A stretch of DNA of 64,000 bases from a candidate division FCPU426 bacterium (GCA_963796105.1 CAWCKJ010000003.1:544001-608000), one strand, 5' to 3'. Numbered from the stretch's first letter, positions 8,622 through 18,706 are shown. The notes: a model not told the origin generated them from the sequence alone. Numbers and translations: made by a program.

Positions 8622-11600
8622 TCATCGAATGATCAGAACCTTCAGGGATCTCTTGGTCCTCGCTCCGTTGACCGGATTTTTCCAATCCAATACCACCAGA
8701 TAAAGGCCCGATGCCGACTCCTGCCCCTTTTGGTTTCGAGTGTCCCATACCGCGCTCCCCTTCACCAAAGGCAAGTCCCGGATCAATTCGCCGCTCAGGC
8801 TGTAAACCTTGGCCTCCGCTTGCACCGCGAGGGCAAAGCCGGAGGAAGTTGCTGAAAGCTGGAGCATTCCCCCGCCCCTCAATAGATTTGGTTTGGCCGT
8901 GAAGAGAACCGGCTCCGCGGAAATTCCCCCTATATAGGCGTCCCTGGAAAGAATGATGGGATTCCCCCCCGCGATGGTTTCCTGGAGGACAAAGTGATAA
9001 TACCCGTTCGGGACCGTTTGTCCGTTCGGGCCCAAGCCATTCCATACCGCTACAGCCTGCCCGTTCACGGTCAGGGTGACTGATCCGCCTTTCCCGTTAT
9101 TATCGGAAATGAAATTAGATACATCCAGGACCAAGACTTCGCCCGCCTGTAAAACAGTATTTCCGCAAAGGGAGGCAACCTGCTCCCCTCTTTCGTCGTA
9201 AATCCCAATCGCTTGCAAACAACCTGAGACTATCGGGGTAGGGGTAACTGAATAGGTAGGAGTTAGGGTGACTTGCGGTGAGTTTGTTGAAGAGGGAGAA
9301 GGAGTTGAAGAATAAGACGGAGTGGAAGTCCATGAAAATATCGGGGTATTGGTTGAGGTTGAAGTCAGCGTCAGCGTGAGAGTGGGTGAAAAAGCTTGAG
9401 TCGCGGAAGGCGTGTTTGTCGGGGTGAAAGTCGGGGTGTCAGTCAAAGCGGGGGTTAGGAATGTGGCGGTAGATGTTAACGACGGCGAATGGGTCATCGT
9501 GGACGTGGCGCTTAACGTTGAAGTGGAAGTCCAGGTCGGGGTGTAGGAGGGTGTCTGCGTAAGAGTCTCCGTAAAAGTCATAGTGGGTGATTCCGAATAG
9601 GTGGAAGTCGCAGTCGGCGAGTCAGTAAGCGTACCGGTGGGGGTATAGGTGGAAGAATAGGTAGGCGTCAGGAGCGTGGAGGTAGGAGTTAAAGACGGTG
9701 TATTCGTGGCCATTAAAGTCATGGTGCTGGTGTAAGTTGAAGAAAAAGTCTCCGTTTCAGTCGGTGTATTCGCGGGCGTAACAGTCAATGTATTTGTGAT
9801 GGTGGAAGTTGGGGTATAGGTAGGAGAAGCTGTCATCGTCCATGTGGATGTATCAGTCGGGGTATATGTCAAAGTGGGCGTTGCCGAAACGGTCATCGTG
9901 TTCGTGGGCGTTTCGGAAGGGGAGTTAGTAACCGTAAGTGTGGGAGTAGGGCTTGAGGTGGGCGTATAGGTCGATGTAGGCGTCGAAGTAGCCGAATCTG
10001 TGGGGGTTTCCGTGGACGTATAGGTCAGCGTCAAGGTTAGGGTGGGCGTATTTGAATGTGAGGAGGTTGGCGTGTCAGTGAATGAAGAAGTGGGAGTCAC
10101 GGAGGGTGAATTCGTTAAGGTGAAAGTTGGGGTTAAAGTCGGGGAATAAGAGGCGGTGTACGTTGGAGTTGAGGTCGGAGTAGGCGAAAAGGTTTGGGTT
10201 TCAGTCAAAGTAAAAGAAGGGGTTGAAGATGGGGTACTTGAGAATGTCGGGGTGGAAGTATCAGTAAAGGATTGAGTGGAGGTTAAAGAAGGCGTATTCG
10301 TCGGGGTCAAAGTAATTGTCAATGTCGGAGTGGGAGTTTTAGTCGGGGATAGCGTTGACGTAGCCGAAAGGGTTGGGGTGTTCGTGGCTGTAGCTGATGG
10401 CGTAGGAGTCCATGTGACCGTGTTGGTCAAAGTCGGGGTAGCTGAATCCGTCGGCGTGCTTGTAAATGTCAGAGTGAAAGTCATGGTAAGGGAAGGTGTC
10501 GGGGTGGGACTCCCGGTAAAACTAGCTGTCGGCGTTGGGGTGGAGGAATAGGTCGATGTGGACGTGAAAGTTTTCGTCGGAGTGTTAGTCGGGGTCCCCG
10601 TGGGAGTGGACGTGGCGCTGAAGGTGGATGTCGGCGAGGAGGTTTTAGTCGGGGATAGTGTAGGCGTCAACGAAACCGTTGGGGTTCCTGTCGAGGTCGG
10701 GCTCGGCGACGGCGAGGCGGTCCGGGACGGAGTGGGAGTCCCTGTGGTGCTCGGGGTGTTGGAGGGAGTCGGGGTGCAGGCGGACAAGAGAGTGGTCACT
10801 GCGTTCGAGATCACGCTCAATTTGGGGGTCGAGCTGTCCGCCTCGGCCGTGTTGATCAGGCTGATCCCGCAAATATTGACAATTCCTACCGCCGTCAGGG
10901 CGCCCGAGGCCCCGCCCGAGAGGTTCCCCAGGTTCCAGACGATCCTTTGCCCCGTTACGGCTGGCGCGCCGCTGGAGGAGGCGTAACTCAGTCCCGCCGG
11001 CAGGGTGTCCGTGACGGTCACGTTGTAGGAGAGAGGATATTTCACGATGGAAACGTTGTCAAAACGGATGGTGCTTCCGTTATTGGCCTGGAGCCCTCCC
11101 TGACCCGTGGGAATGGCAAAGGCGGTCGTGCTGGAGACGGCCAGGGTCCCGTTGATCCATAAATTCAAGGTCACAGGGCCGGTTCCGAGGGCCTCGAACT
11201 TGGCGGTAAACCATGTGTTCACGGCGATGGCCGCGCTTCCGGTAGCCAAACCGGTATAGTTGCCCGTGGCGACGTTCCAATAGCCCAGCGCCACGTTGTT
11301 CGTATTGCCCACCCCGATCAGGGTCTGGTAGTTCGAGCCGTTGACCGTGCCTGTGCCGTTGAACCTGAACAGGAGGACCCCGTTCCGGGAACCGCCGTTG
11401 GCGATTTTCATGTCGGCCTGGATATTGCCGTCCCCCACCTGGCTCGCACATCCGTTGAGAAGGTAAGGATAGGTGTTGGCCGCAGCCACGCCTTGGAGGG
11501 CCTGGGTGCCGACCGAGGCCGGGCCGTTGTCAGCCACCACAGTCCAGGCCCCTCCCGAACTGACCCAGCCGGAGGGAAAACTTCCCAAGACATCCGCCTC

Positions 11601-11813
11601 GAAATTGTCCGAGCAGAGGGCATTGGTGTTGGAGTTTAAATAGGAAAGGACATAGGTGACAGAGTCCCCCGGCGAGGCGCTCGGGGCATTGGCGGTTTTG
11701 GCAAGGGTAAGCTGGGCCAGGGCGTCCGAAGGCGCAAAAAGCAGGGTGAGACCAGCCAATAGGGTCCCATGGAATAGGAGGAAGATGGGATTGGTTTTTT
11801 GCCTTCTTCTCAT
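8622..11813 (-). CDS. Large exported protein: split DUF11-like Ig domain around a lectin-like beta-sandwich, ~500-aa Thr/Ser/Pro stalk, two C-terminal FlgD-Ig/T9SS-CTD-like domains
   Basis: LTLAKTA..ASPGDSVTYVL and NVTVTDTLPAGLSY; TPT repeats; KVYSLSGELIRDL..WD..ASGLYLVV..KVLIIR. Confidence 0.75.
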   Translation of the reverse strand: MRRRQKTNPIFLLFHGTLLAGLTLLFAPSDALAQLTLAKTANAPSASPGDSVTYVLSYLNSNTNALCSDNFEADVLGSFPSGWVSSGGAWTVVADNGPASVGTQALQGVAAANTYPYLLNGCASQVGDGNIQADMKIANGGSRNGVLLFRFNGTGTVNGSNYQTLIGVGNTNNVALGYWNVATGNYTGLATGSAAIAVNTWFTAKFEALGTGPVTLNLWINGTLAVSSTTAFAIPTGQGGLQANNGSTIRFDNVSIVKYPLSYNVTVTDTLPAGLSYASSSGAPAVTGQRIVWNLGNLSGGASGALTAVGIVNICGISLINTAEADSSTPKLSVISNAVTTLLSACTPTPSNTPSTTGTPTPSRTASPSPSPTSTGTPTVSLTPTLSPTKTSSPTSTFSATSTPTGTPTNTPTKTFTSTSTYSSTPTPTASFTGSPTPTPSLTMTFTLTFTSTPTDSATPTLTNTVTWTPTPSATATNTPTLSATSTLSPTKTPTPTLTITLTPTNTPSLTSTQSFTDTSTPTFSSTPSSTPSFTLTETQTFSPTPTSTPTYTASYSPTLTPTFTLTNSPSVTPTSSFTDTPTSSHSNTPTLTLTLTYTSTETPTDSATSTPTSTYTPTSSPTPTLTVTNSPSETPTNTMTVSATPTLTYTPTDTSTWTMTASPTYTPTSTITNTLTVTPANTPTETETFSSTYTSTMTLMATNTPSLTPTSTLLTPTYSSTYTPTGTLTDSPTATSTYSESPTMTFTETLTQTPSYTPTWTSTSTLSATSTMTHSPSLTSTATFLTPALTDTPTFTPTNTPSATQAFSPTLTLTLTSTSTNTPIFSWTSTPSYSSTPSPSSTNSPQVTLTPTYSVTPTPIVSGCLQAIGIYDERGEQVASLCGNTVLQAGEVLVLDVSNFISDNNGKGGSVTLTVNGQAVAVWNGLGPNGQTVPNGYYHFVLQETIAGGNPIILSRDAYIGGISAEPVLFTAKPNLLRGGGMLQLSATSSGFALAVQAEAKVYSLSGELIRDLPLVKGSAVWDTRNQKGQESASGLYLVVLDWKNPVNGARTKRSLKVLIIR

Positions 11814-12128
11814 TTTACGGTTTCCCCGGAATCGTCGATAAGTGTTGAGGCGCCCTGTTAAAAGGGAGCTGGTTGCCGTGAATGGGATGGCAAAATATTT
11901 TCGGCCGATAGTAAGACTTAAAAACTTCGCCCGCCGCTATTCAAGAAGCATAAACTCGAAATGGAATCCCCTTTGCTGACAGCAAACCTTCGCAATGGTA
12001 CACCGGGAAGCGGCGGTTATTCAATTCAAGCCCCGGGTTTATACGTTAAAACCGTTATAGTCCGTGAATTTTTGGAGGAGATTCATCTAAAAGTGTACGG
12101 GAAAGGGTGAAAAGCCAGATCTGCCAAG

Positions 12129-12470
12129 TCAGCATTCCAGGCGCTTGGCGTCGCACCAGAGACCCTCCAGGTCATAGTAGGCCCTGGCGTCCTCCTTGAA
12201 AACATGCACCACAACATCCACGAAATCCAAAACCCACCAGCTTCCGTCCTTGGAGGAATTGGTCTTCCAAAGCCCCTTCCGGTCGGAGAGTTTGTCCGTG
12301 ACACCCGTTACGATCGCGTTCACGTGGGGGTTTGAGTTTCCGCTGCAGACCACAAGGACGTCGGTGTAGGAGGCCAGCCCCTCCATGTCCAGGGCCTGGA
12401 TGTCGATGGCTTGCTTGTCCTCCAGGTGGGAGACGATCTCCTCCAGCAGACTGCTAGTTTTCTTTTCCAA
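12129..12470 (-). CDS. rsfS: Ribosome silencing factor
   Basis: DKQAIDI, WWVLDFVDVVVHVF, YYDLEGLW; follows nadD. Confidence 0.93.
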   Translation of the reverse strand: MEKKTSSLLEEIVSHLEDKQAIDIQALDMEGLASYTDVLVVCSGNSNPHVNAIVTGVTDKLSDRKGLWKTNSSKDGSWWVLDFVDVVVHVFKEDARAYYDLEGLWCDAKRLEC

Positions 12471-12478
12471 TGTTTTCC

Positions 12479-12745
12479 TTAACGCGGATGATTTCGGACC
12501 TGCTGGACGGCCTTCGCGAGCTCGACCAGGATGTCCGTCTTGAACTGTTCCTTCAACTCCTCCAGTTTCGTGAACACATAGCCCTTTTCCGTGACGATAT
12601 AGCGCGCCGGGAGGTGGTTCAGGGCGAAGGCGAGGATATCCAGCCTGTCCTTCTCGGAGGGATGGAAGCCCTGATAGGCCGGCTCCTCCAGAAGCTCGGC
12701 CAGGCTTTTCTTGACCGCCTCCTCCATGTAATTGATCAGGTCCAC
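12479..12745 (-). CDS. ComFB-family protein
   Basis: LINYMEEAV...DILAFALNHLPARYIVT...AVQQVRNHPR ComFB pattern. Confidence 0.8.
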   Translation of the reverse strand: MDLINYMEEAVKKSLAELLEEPAYQGFHPSEKDRLDILAFALNHLPARYIVTEKGYVFTKLEELKEQFKTDILVELAKAVQQVRNHPR

Positions 12746-12759
12746 GTTGCCCTCTTCCC

Positions 12760-13383
12760 CTACAGGTATAGCTGGTGGTTGTGAATATACTGCTCCACGG
12801 CCTCAGGCACCAGATACTTGATGCTTTTCCAATCCCGGACCCTTTGGCGGATCTGGGTGGAGCTCACGTCGATATAGGTCCCCCGCTCCACGAGGATGTT
12901 CTCAAGCAGGCTCGCCGGAACCTCCCCGCCCTCGGAACCTGGAAAACGTCTGTTCGGAATCAGGTCCGTGTTGAAACCCGGCCTCGACACGGCGACGAAC
13001 TTGCAGATCTCCAGCATCTCCTCGATGTTCTTCCAGGCCGTGATATCCATCAGGATATCCGCTCCGACGATGAAGTAGATTTGAATCCCTTCCGGGAATA
13101 ATTTCAAGAAGTGTTTTACGGTGATGATGGAGTATGATTTTCCTCCCTGGGCGATCTCGAAATCGGACACCTCGAAGCAGGGGTTGCTGACGGTGGCCAG
13201 GTGCGCCATGACCAGGCGGTCGCGGGCCGCGGCGAGGTCCGAGGGGTTCTTGAGGGGATTCAGGAAGGCCGGGATGAAGATGACCTTGTCCAAGGAGTAC
13301 TTGGCGCGGATTTCCTCGGCCACCACCAGATGGCCGGTATGGATCGGGTTGAAGGTGCCGCCGAAAAGGCCGATGGCTTTCAC
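12760..13383 (-). CDS. nadD: Nicotinate-nucleotide adenylyltransferase
   Basis: FGGTFNPIHTGH, VSSTQIR, YLVPEAV. Confidence 0.95.
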   Translation of the reverse strand: MKAIGLFGGTFNPIHTGHLVVAEEIRAKYSLDKVIFIPAFLNPLKNPSDLAAARDRLVMAHLATVSNPCFEVSDFEIAQGGKSYSIITVKHFLKLFPEGIQIYFIVGADILMDITAWKNIEEMLEICKFVAVSRPGFNTDLIPNRRFPGSEGGEVPASLLENILVERGTYIDVSSTQIRQRVRDWKSIKYLVPEAVEQYIHNHQLYL

Positions 13384-13387
13384 GCTC

Positions 13388-15157
13388 TCAACGCTCTTCG
13401 TCCTTCAACAGCGAGTCGATCATGTCCCCGGTGAGGAATTCCGTGTCGCCCTTCTCCTCGGTTGGAGTCAAGCCGGGAGCCGGAGCCGACGCCGCTGGTA
13501 TGGGCAATGAACTCGAGACCGGGGCGGTTTTCTTCGTGTCTTTCCCCGTCTTGGGCAGGTCCGGTGCGATTGCCGCAACTGTGGATATCACCCTTCCCTT
13601 CGCGGCCTGGACGAGCTTATCGAGTTCATCCTTGGTGAGGCCGCTCGTCGCGGAAACTTTCATCTGCTGGGTCTGGCCGGTTGCGACGTTCTTGGCCGTG
13701 ACATTGACGATGCCGTTGGAATCGATGGCGAAAGTGACCTCCACCTGGTTGGTCCCGGCCGGGGCCGGGGGCAGTCCCACGAAGGAGAAAAAGCCCAAAG
13801 TCTTGTTGTTGCTGGCGATCTTTTCCTCGCCCTGGAGGACCTTGACGTTCACGGAGGTCTGCATATCCTTCACGGTGGAATAAAGCTTGCTCATGCGGGT
13901 CGGCACGGTGGTGTTGCGGGGTATGATGACGGAACAGGTCCCTCCCAAAGTCTCCACGCCGAGCGAAAGGGGGGTGACGTCCAGAAGGAGGGCGTTGCGG
14001 ATGTTTCCGTTGATGATGCCGGCTTGGATGGAAGCCCCCAGGGCCACCGCCTCGTCCGGGTTGACCTTGACGTTGGGTTCCTTGTTGAAGAAGCGCTTCA
14101 CCACGTCGCGAACCTTGGGAACCCGGGTCATGCCACCCACCAAGAGGACCTCGTTCAGATCCTTGGGATTCAAGTTGGCGTCCTTCAAGGCCCTTTTGCA
14201 GGGCTCCATTGTCCTCTCGATCAAGGGATTGACCATGGTCTCGAATTCTTCCCTCGATAGGTTGTAGGCCAGGTTCACGAAACTGCCTTCCTTTTTCGAG
14301 ATGAAAGGCAGGTTGATGGTCGTGGTGGCGGCGGTGGAGAGGTCGCATTTAGCCTTTTCCGCGGCTTCCCTCAGGCGCTGGAGTGCCACGGGCTCCTGGC
14401 GCAGGTCGATCCCGGTCTCCTCGATGAACTTGCCCAGGACCCACTCCATGAGGATGTGGTCAAAATCATCCCCGCCCAAATGCGTATCCCCGGACGTGGA
14501 AAGCACCCTGTAAAGGCCGTTAAGGAGCTCCAGCACCGTCACGTCCAGGGTTCCACCGCCCAGGTCGTAAACCACGATCTTCTGGTTTTTCTTCGTGTCA
14601 AAATCGTAGGACAATGCCGCTGCGGTAGGCTCGTTGATGATCCTCAAAATGTCGTAGCCCGCTATTTTTCCCGCGTCCTTGGTCGCCTGGCGCTGGGAAT
14701 CGTTAAAATAGGCGGGCACCGTGACGACGGCTTGAGAGATCCTCTCCCCGAGGCGCGCCTCGGCGTCCTGCTTGATTTTCCGGAGCACGATCGCGGAAAT
14801 TTCCTCGGGGGATTTGACCGTGTCTCCCAAGCTCACACGGATATCCCCGTTCTCGGATTCCACCACGTCATAGGAAACCAGGCTCTTGTCCCGTCTGACC
14901 TCCTCGTCATTGGCTTTGCGCCCGATGAACCGCTTGATGGAGGAAACCGTCCCCTTGGGATTGGTGATGGCCTGGTGTTTCGCGTCCAAACCCACGAGCC
15001 AATTCTTCTCGGCCGTCAAGGCCACGATGGAGGGAGTGGTATGGTAGCCGTCGGAGTTGGGAATCACCGTGGGTTCACCGCCGTTCAAATAGGCGACGCA
15101 GGAATTGGTGGTCCCGAGATCGATCCCAATCGCGATTTCCTTGCTTTTATCGGCCAT
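13388..15157 (-). CDS. DnaK/Hsp70 paralog with truncated C-terminal lid
   Basis: GIDLGTTNS, TVPAYFND, EPTAAA, DLGGGT, LLLDVTPLSLG; low-complexity tail after SGLTKDELDKLVQAA. Confidence 0.9.
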   Translation of the reverse strand: MADKSKEIAIGIDLGTTNSCVAYLNGGEPTVIPNSDGYHTTPSIVALTAEKNWLVGLDAKHQAITNPKGTVSSIKRFIGRKANDEEVRRDKSLVSYDVVESENGDIRVSLGDTVKSPEEISAIVLRKIKQDAEARLGERISQAVVTVPAYFNDSQRQATKDAGKIAGYDILRIINEPTAAALSYDFDTKKNQKIVVYDLGGGTLDVTVLELLNGLYRVLSTSGDTHLGGDDFDHILMEWVLGKFIEETGIDLRQEPVALQRLREAAEKAKCDLSTAATTTINLPFISKKEGSFVNLAYNLSREEFETMVNPLIERTMEPCKRALKDANLNPKDLNEVLLVGGMTRVPKVRDVVKRFFNKEPNVKVNPDEAVALGASIQAGIINGNIRNALLLDVTPLSLGVETLGGTCSVIIPRNTTVPTRMSKLYSTVKDMQTSVNVKVLQGEEKIASNNKTLGFFSFVGLPPAPAGTNQVEVTFAIDSNGIVNVTAKNVATGQTQQMKVSATSGLTKDELDKLVQAAKGRVISTVAAIAPDLPKTGKDTKKTAPVSSSLPIPAASAPAPGLTPTEEKGDTEFLTGDMIDSLLKDEER

Positions 15158-15206
15158 GTTTCACCTTATTAATGGACTTTAAGCTTTATTTTAGTCTTCA
15201 GGGGCT

Positions 15207-15773
15207 TCAAACTTTTTTTCCATAAACATAACCCATCGCCACACTCAAAGTTTTCTTAGCTTCATAATCATCAGGGTTTAATTTCAAAACCCTCTCGACA
15301 CAAGCCACCGAATCCTTGAAATTCCCCTGGCATCCGTACAAAATTCCCAGATTATAGTGGGAGTTGACGAAGCCTGGCACCAGTTTGATGGCCGCAACCC
15401 ACTCGTGCTGGGCCTGGTTCCAATCGTCCTTTTCCTCGAAAAAAGCCACCCCTTTTTTGAAGTAATCCTCCGCCTCAATCTCCTCTTTCGTCTTGATGAT
15501 CTTGAGAAGCCCGCGTTTCACCCCGACCATATCCCCGGTTTCGCGCCGGATGTCGTTTCGGACCTGAAAATTATACGCTTCCCTTTTTTCCGGGTCACTT
15601 AACACGTTGTAGGCCGTCACGATTTCCATGGTTTGCTCGATGGCCCATTCCAGCCGGTCAGGGTTCCGGTCCGGGTGGTTTTCGAAAATGAGGTGTTTAT
15701 ATGTCTCCTGTAATTGCTTGGGGTCCAAGGGCGGATAAAGCTTGAATATCTCGTAATAATTTTTTTTGATCAT
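15207..15773 (-). CDS. J-domain protein with C-terminal TPR repeats
   Basis: NYYEIF...HPDRNP...AYNVLSDPEKREAY J-domain; TPR-like HYNLGILY. Confidence 0.85.
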   Translation of the reverse strand: MIKKNYYEIFKLYPPLDPKQLQETYKHLIFENHPDRNPDRLEWAIEQTMEIVTAYNVLSDPEKREAYNFQVRNDIRRETGDMVGVKRGLLKIIKTKEEIEAEDYFKKGVAFFEEKDDWNQAQHEWVAAIKLVPGFVNSHYNLGILYGCQGNFKDSVACVERVLKLNPDDYEAKKTLSVAMGYVYGKKV

Positions 15774-15917
15774 GAAAGATAAAAACCGTCCGGTTGCAGA
15801 TTCCAGTCTTTGGTTGCAGAAATCAAAAAAATCATTGTCAATTTTGCTAAGTTTTTATTTTACAAACAATACAGGTCGAAAGAAATACCCTAAAGAAATT
15901 TCGGCAGCTAAAACCCA

Positions 15918-17060
15918 TCAAATTTCAGTCAACCGGACCATATTGTCCCGGTGGACCACCTCATCGGCGGACTTAAAGCCGAGTTTCTTAGTGATCTCAA
16001 AAGACTTCAATCCCTTGATCTGACCCAAGGCGTCCGAGGAATAATTGCAGATCCCCTTGGCGATCTCCCTCTTCTGGGTGTCCAGTATCTTCACGATGGC
16101 GCCTTCCTCCCAAGTTCCAGCCAGTTCCCTCACGCCGCTTGGCAGGAGGCTGGTGTTCCTCTCCACCAGGGCCTTGCGCGCGCCCTGATCCACGATGATC
16201 TCCCCTTCCGGCTTGACGCTGTAGGCCAGCCACCGCTTGCGGCTGCTCATCTTGTGCGGGGCCGGGTGGAAATAGGTCCCTACGCTCCTGTTCTGGAGCA
16301 GGTGCCGCAGGACGTTTTTCCGGAGACCGTTGGCGATCGCCATGGGGATTCCAGACTGCATCATGCTCTTGGCGGCCTTGATTTTGGTGGCCATTCCTCC
16401 CGTCCCGACCATGGACCGGGAGTTCGTGGCTTCCCTCTCGAACCGGGGGTCCCATTTGTAAACGTCCCGGATCAGTTTCGCATCTGGGTTGGCGTTCGGG
16501 TCCTGGTCATAAAAGCCGTCCGTATCTGTCAGGGAAACCAGCAAATCCGCGCCAGCCAAGTGGGTGACGAGAACCGCCAAAGTGTCGTTGTCCCCGAACT
16601 TGACCTCCTCCACCGCCACGGTGTCGTTCTCGTTGATGACGGGGATGATTCTCTTTTTCAGTAGCTCTAGGAGCGTGTTGCAGGCGTTAGAATAGCGGTG
16701 GCGGTGGGAGATGTCGTCGCGCGTGAGAAGGATCTGGGCGACCCTCAAGCCGGATTTCTTGAAATTCGCCTCATAAGCGTGCATGAGCTTGCTTTGGCCC
16801 ACCGCGGCGAGCGCCTGAAGCATCGAGACGCTTTTCGGGCGCTTGGGCATCCCCAGCTCGAACAATCCCGCCGCGATGGCGCCCGAGGTCACCAGGAGAA
16901 CCTCGAACTTATCCTTTTGGAGCTTGGCGATCTGCTCCGCAAGGCTTTCCAGGAAGGAAACCCTGATTTTCTTCCTCCTCGTGTCGGTGAGCAGGCTGCT
17001 TCCAACCTTGACGACGATCCTGCGTACTCCCTTGAAGTCGCGGGGCCTCTCATTTTCCAC
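15918..17060 (-). CDS. proB: Glutamate 5-kinase
   Basis: VVKVGSSLLT, INENDTV, FGDNDTL, GTGGMATK, C-terminal PUA domain. Confidence 0.96.
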   Translation of the reverse strand: MENERPRDFKGVRRIVVKVGSSLLTDTRRKKIRVSFLESLAEQIAKLQKDKFEVLLVTSGAIAAGLFELGMPKRPKSVSMLQALAAVGQSKLMHAYEANFKKSGLRVAQILLTRDDISHRHRYSNACNTLLELLKKRIIPVINENDTVAVEEVKFGDNDTLAVLVTHLAGADLLVSLTDTDGFYDQDPNANPDAKLIRDVYKWDPRFEREATNSRSMVGTGGMATKIKAAKSMMQSGIPMAIANGLRKNVLRHLLQNRSVGTYFHPAPHKMSSRKRWLAYSVKPEGEIIVDQGARKALVERNTSLLPSGVRELAGTWEEGAIVKILDTQKREIAKGICNYSSDALGQIKGLKSFEITKKLGFKSADEVVHRDNMVRLTEI

Positions 17061-18348
17061 GGAAACCCTCCACCCGGTCGGACCTGAAGACCATTTCTTC
17101 CTCGCCCATGAAAACCGTATTCCCCTCTTGGACGCCCATTTTCTTGAGCTCCTTCAGGACGCCCATGCGGCCCAGGATTTTATGGAACCTCTCCACCGCA
17201 TCCTGGGTGTCAAAATTGGTCATGGAAACCCATTTGTCGATTTCCTTTCCGGTCACCCGGTAGTGGTCCCCTTCCCTCTTTATTATAAATCTCGGCTCGG
17301 TCCTGTACAAAATTTCCCGCGCGGGCGTCTTCACGGCGGAATCCGCCGTGGGCGACAGTCCCAGGGTCTTCCAAGCCTCCTCCATCAATTCCCTCAATCC
17401 CTCGCCGGAGACGGCGGAAATCACGAAGGCGGGGGTGCCCTTTTGCCGTATTTTAACGGCCCATGATTCCAAGGGTTCCCTGGAGGAAACGGCGTCAACC
17501 TTGGTCAAGGCGACGATCTGGTGTATTTTCTTGAACTTCGCGCTGTGCTTGTAAAGCTCCTTGTTGATGATCCGGATTCTCTTTACCATGTCCGAGTAGG
17601 CGGTCAAGGTCGCGGAATCAACTAGGTGGATGAGGACTTTAGTACGCTCCAGATGCCTCAGGAAACGGATGCCCAGCCCCTTGCCCTGGCTCGCTCCCTC
17701 AATCAAGCCCGGCACGTCCGCCAGGATGAAACTCCGCTCCCCCGGGAGGTAGGACACGCCCAGCTGGGGTTCCAGGGTGGTAAAGGGATAATCGGCGATT
17801 TTAGGCGTGGCCTTGGTAACCCGGGAAAGAAAGGTTGATTTTCCGGCGTTGGGGAATCCCACGATTCCCACGTCGGCCAAGAGTTTCAATTCCAGCCTCA
17901 GGTCCTTCTTCTCTCCCGGCTCTCCCTTTTCAGCCAGCCTCGGAGCGTGCGTGGTAGAAGTTGCGAAAGTGGTGTTGCCGCGCCCCCCCCGCCCGCCCTT
18001 GGCCGCCAGGACCCTCATGCCGTCCTGGTTCATGTCGGCCAGAAGCTCGTTCTCCGCTGACCAAACCATTGTTCCCACCGGGACCCGGATCACGATTGGC
18101 TCCGCGTCCCTGCCGTGCTTGTTCTTGCCCTTGCCGTGCTCCCCATGACGCGCCCGGTAAAGGGGGCGGTAGATGAAATCCACCAGGGTGCGGACATCGT
18201 TGCGGGATTCCAGGAAAACATCCCCGCCCCTTCCGCCGTTGCCCCCGTCGGGCCCCCCCCGGGGGATGTATTTTTCCCGCCGGAAGCTGAGACAGCCGTT
18301 GCCGCCGGCGCCGGCTTCGAGGGAGATTGTGACTTCATCGACAATCAT
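17050..18348 (-). CDS. obgE: GTPase ObgE/CgtA
   Basis: Gly-rich Obg fold, GFPNAGKST, DYPFTT, C-terminal DUF1967-type extension. Confidence 0.97.
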   Translation of the reverse strand: MIVDEVTISLEAGAGGNGCLSFRREKYIPRGGPDGGNGGRGGDVFLESRNDVRTLVDFIYRPLYRARHGEHGKGKNKHGRDAEPIVIRVPVGTMVWSAENELLADMNQDGMRVLAAKGGRGGRGNTTFATSTTHAPRLAEKGEPGEKKDLRLELKLLADVGIVGFPNAGKSTFLSRVTKATPKIADYPFTTLEPQLGVSYLPGERSFILADVPGLIEGASQGKGLGIRFLRHLERTKVLIHLVDSATLTAYSDMVKRIRIINKELYKHSAKFKKIHQIVALTKVDAVSSREPLESWAVKIRQKGTPAFVISAVSGEGLRELMEEAWKTLGLSPTADSAVKTPAREILYRTEPRFIIKREGDHYRVTGKEIDKWVSMTNFDTQDAVERFHKILGRMGVLKELKKMGVQEGNTVFMGEEEMVFRSDRVEGFRGK

Positions 18349-18381
18349 GGTTTATCACCTAGGGGCGGAAGGCCCTGAAAC

Positions 18382-18410
18382 AAAAAAACCCCACCCGGGG
18401 GTGAGGTTTT
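18382..18410 (-). terminator. Intrinsic terminator between rpmA and obgE
   Basis: AAAACCTCACC-CCCG-GGTGGGGTTTTTTT on the minus strand. Confidence 0.65.
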
Positions 18411-18431
18411 CACTGCGCTCGATTGGGTTCT

Positions 18432-18692
18432 TCAGACTTTCACCGGCTCGACGCTGATTTGTTTTTTTCCCTTCTTGAACTCGCGGAAAGTCACCAAACC
18501 GGAGATCTTCGCGAAAAGAGTGTCGTCTTTTCCCAAGCCCACGTTAAATCCGGGCTTGTATCGCAAACCTCTTTGGCGCATCAAGATGCTTCCCGCCGTG
18601 ACGTAATTGCCCCCGTAGGCCTTGAGGCCCAAGCGCTGGCTGTTGCTGTCCCTGCCGTTGCGGGAGGAACCACCCGCTTTATGCTGACCCAT
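18432..18692 (-). CDS. rpmA: 50S ribosomal protein L27
   Basis: [19 protein letters not shown]. Confidence 0.97.
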   Translation of the reverse strand: MGQHKAGGSSRNGRDSNSQRLGLKAYGGNYVTAGSILMRQRGLRYKPGFNVGLGKDDTLFAKISGLVTFREFKKGKKQISVEPVKV

Positions 18693-18706
18693 TTCAAACC
18701 TCCCTG

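Noticed and set aside
11814..12128. Possible c-di-GMP riboswitch upstream of the stalk protein
   Set aside because: Only a short TTTGCTG-A-CAGCAAA palindrome; no GEMM or class II consensus found by eye
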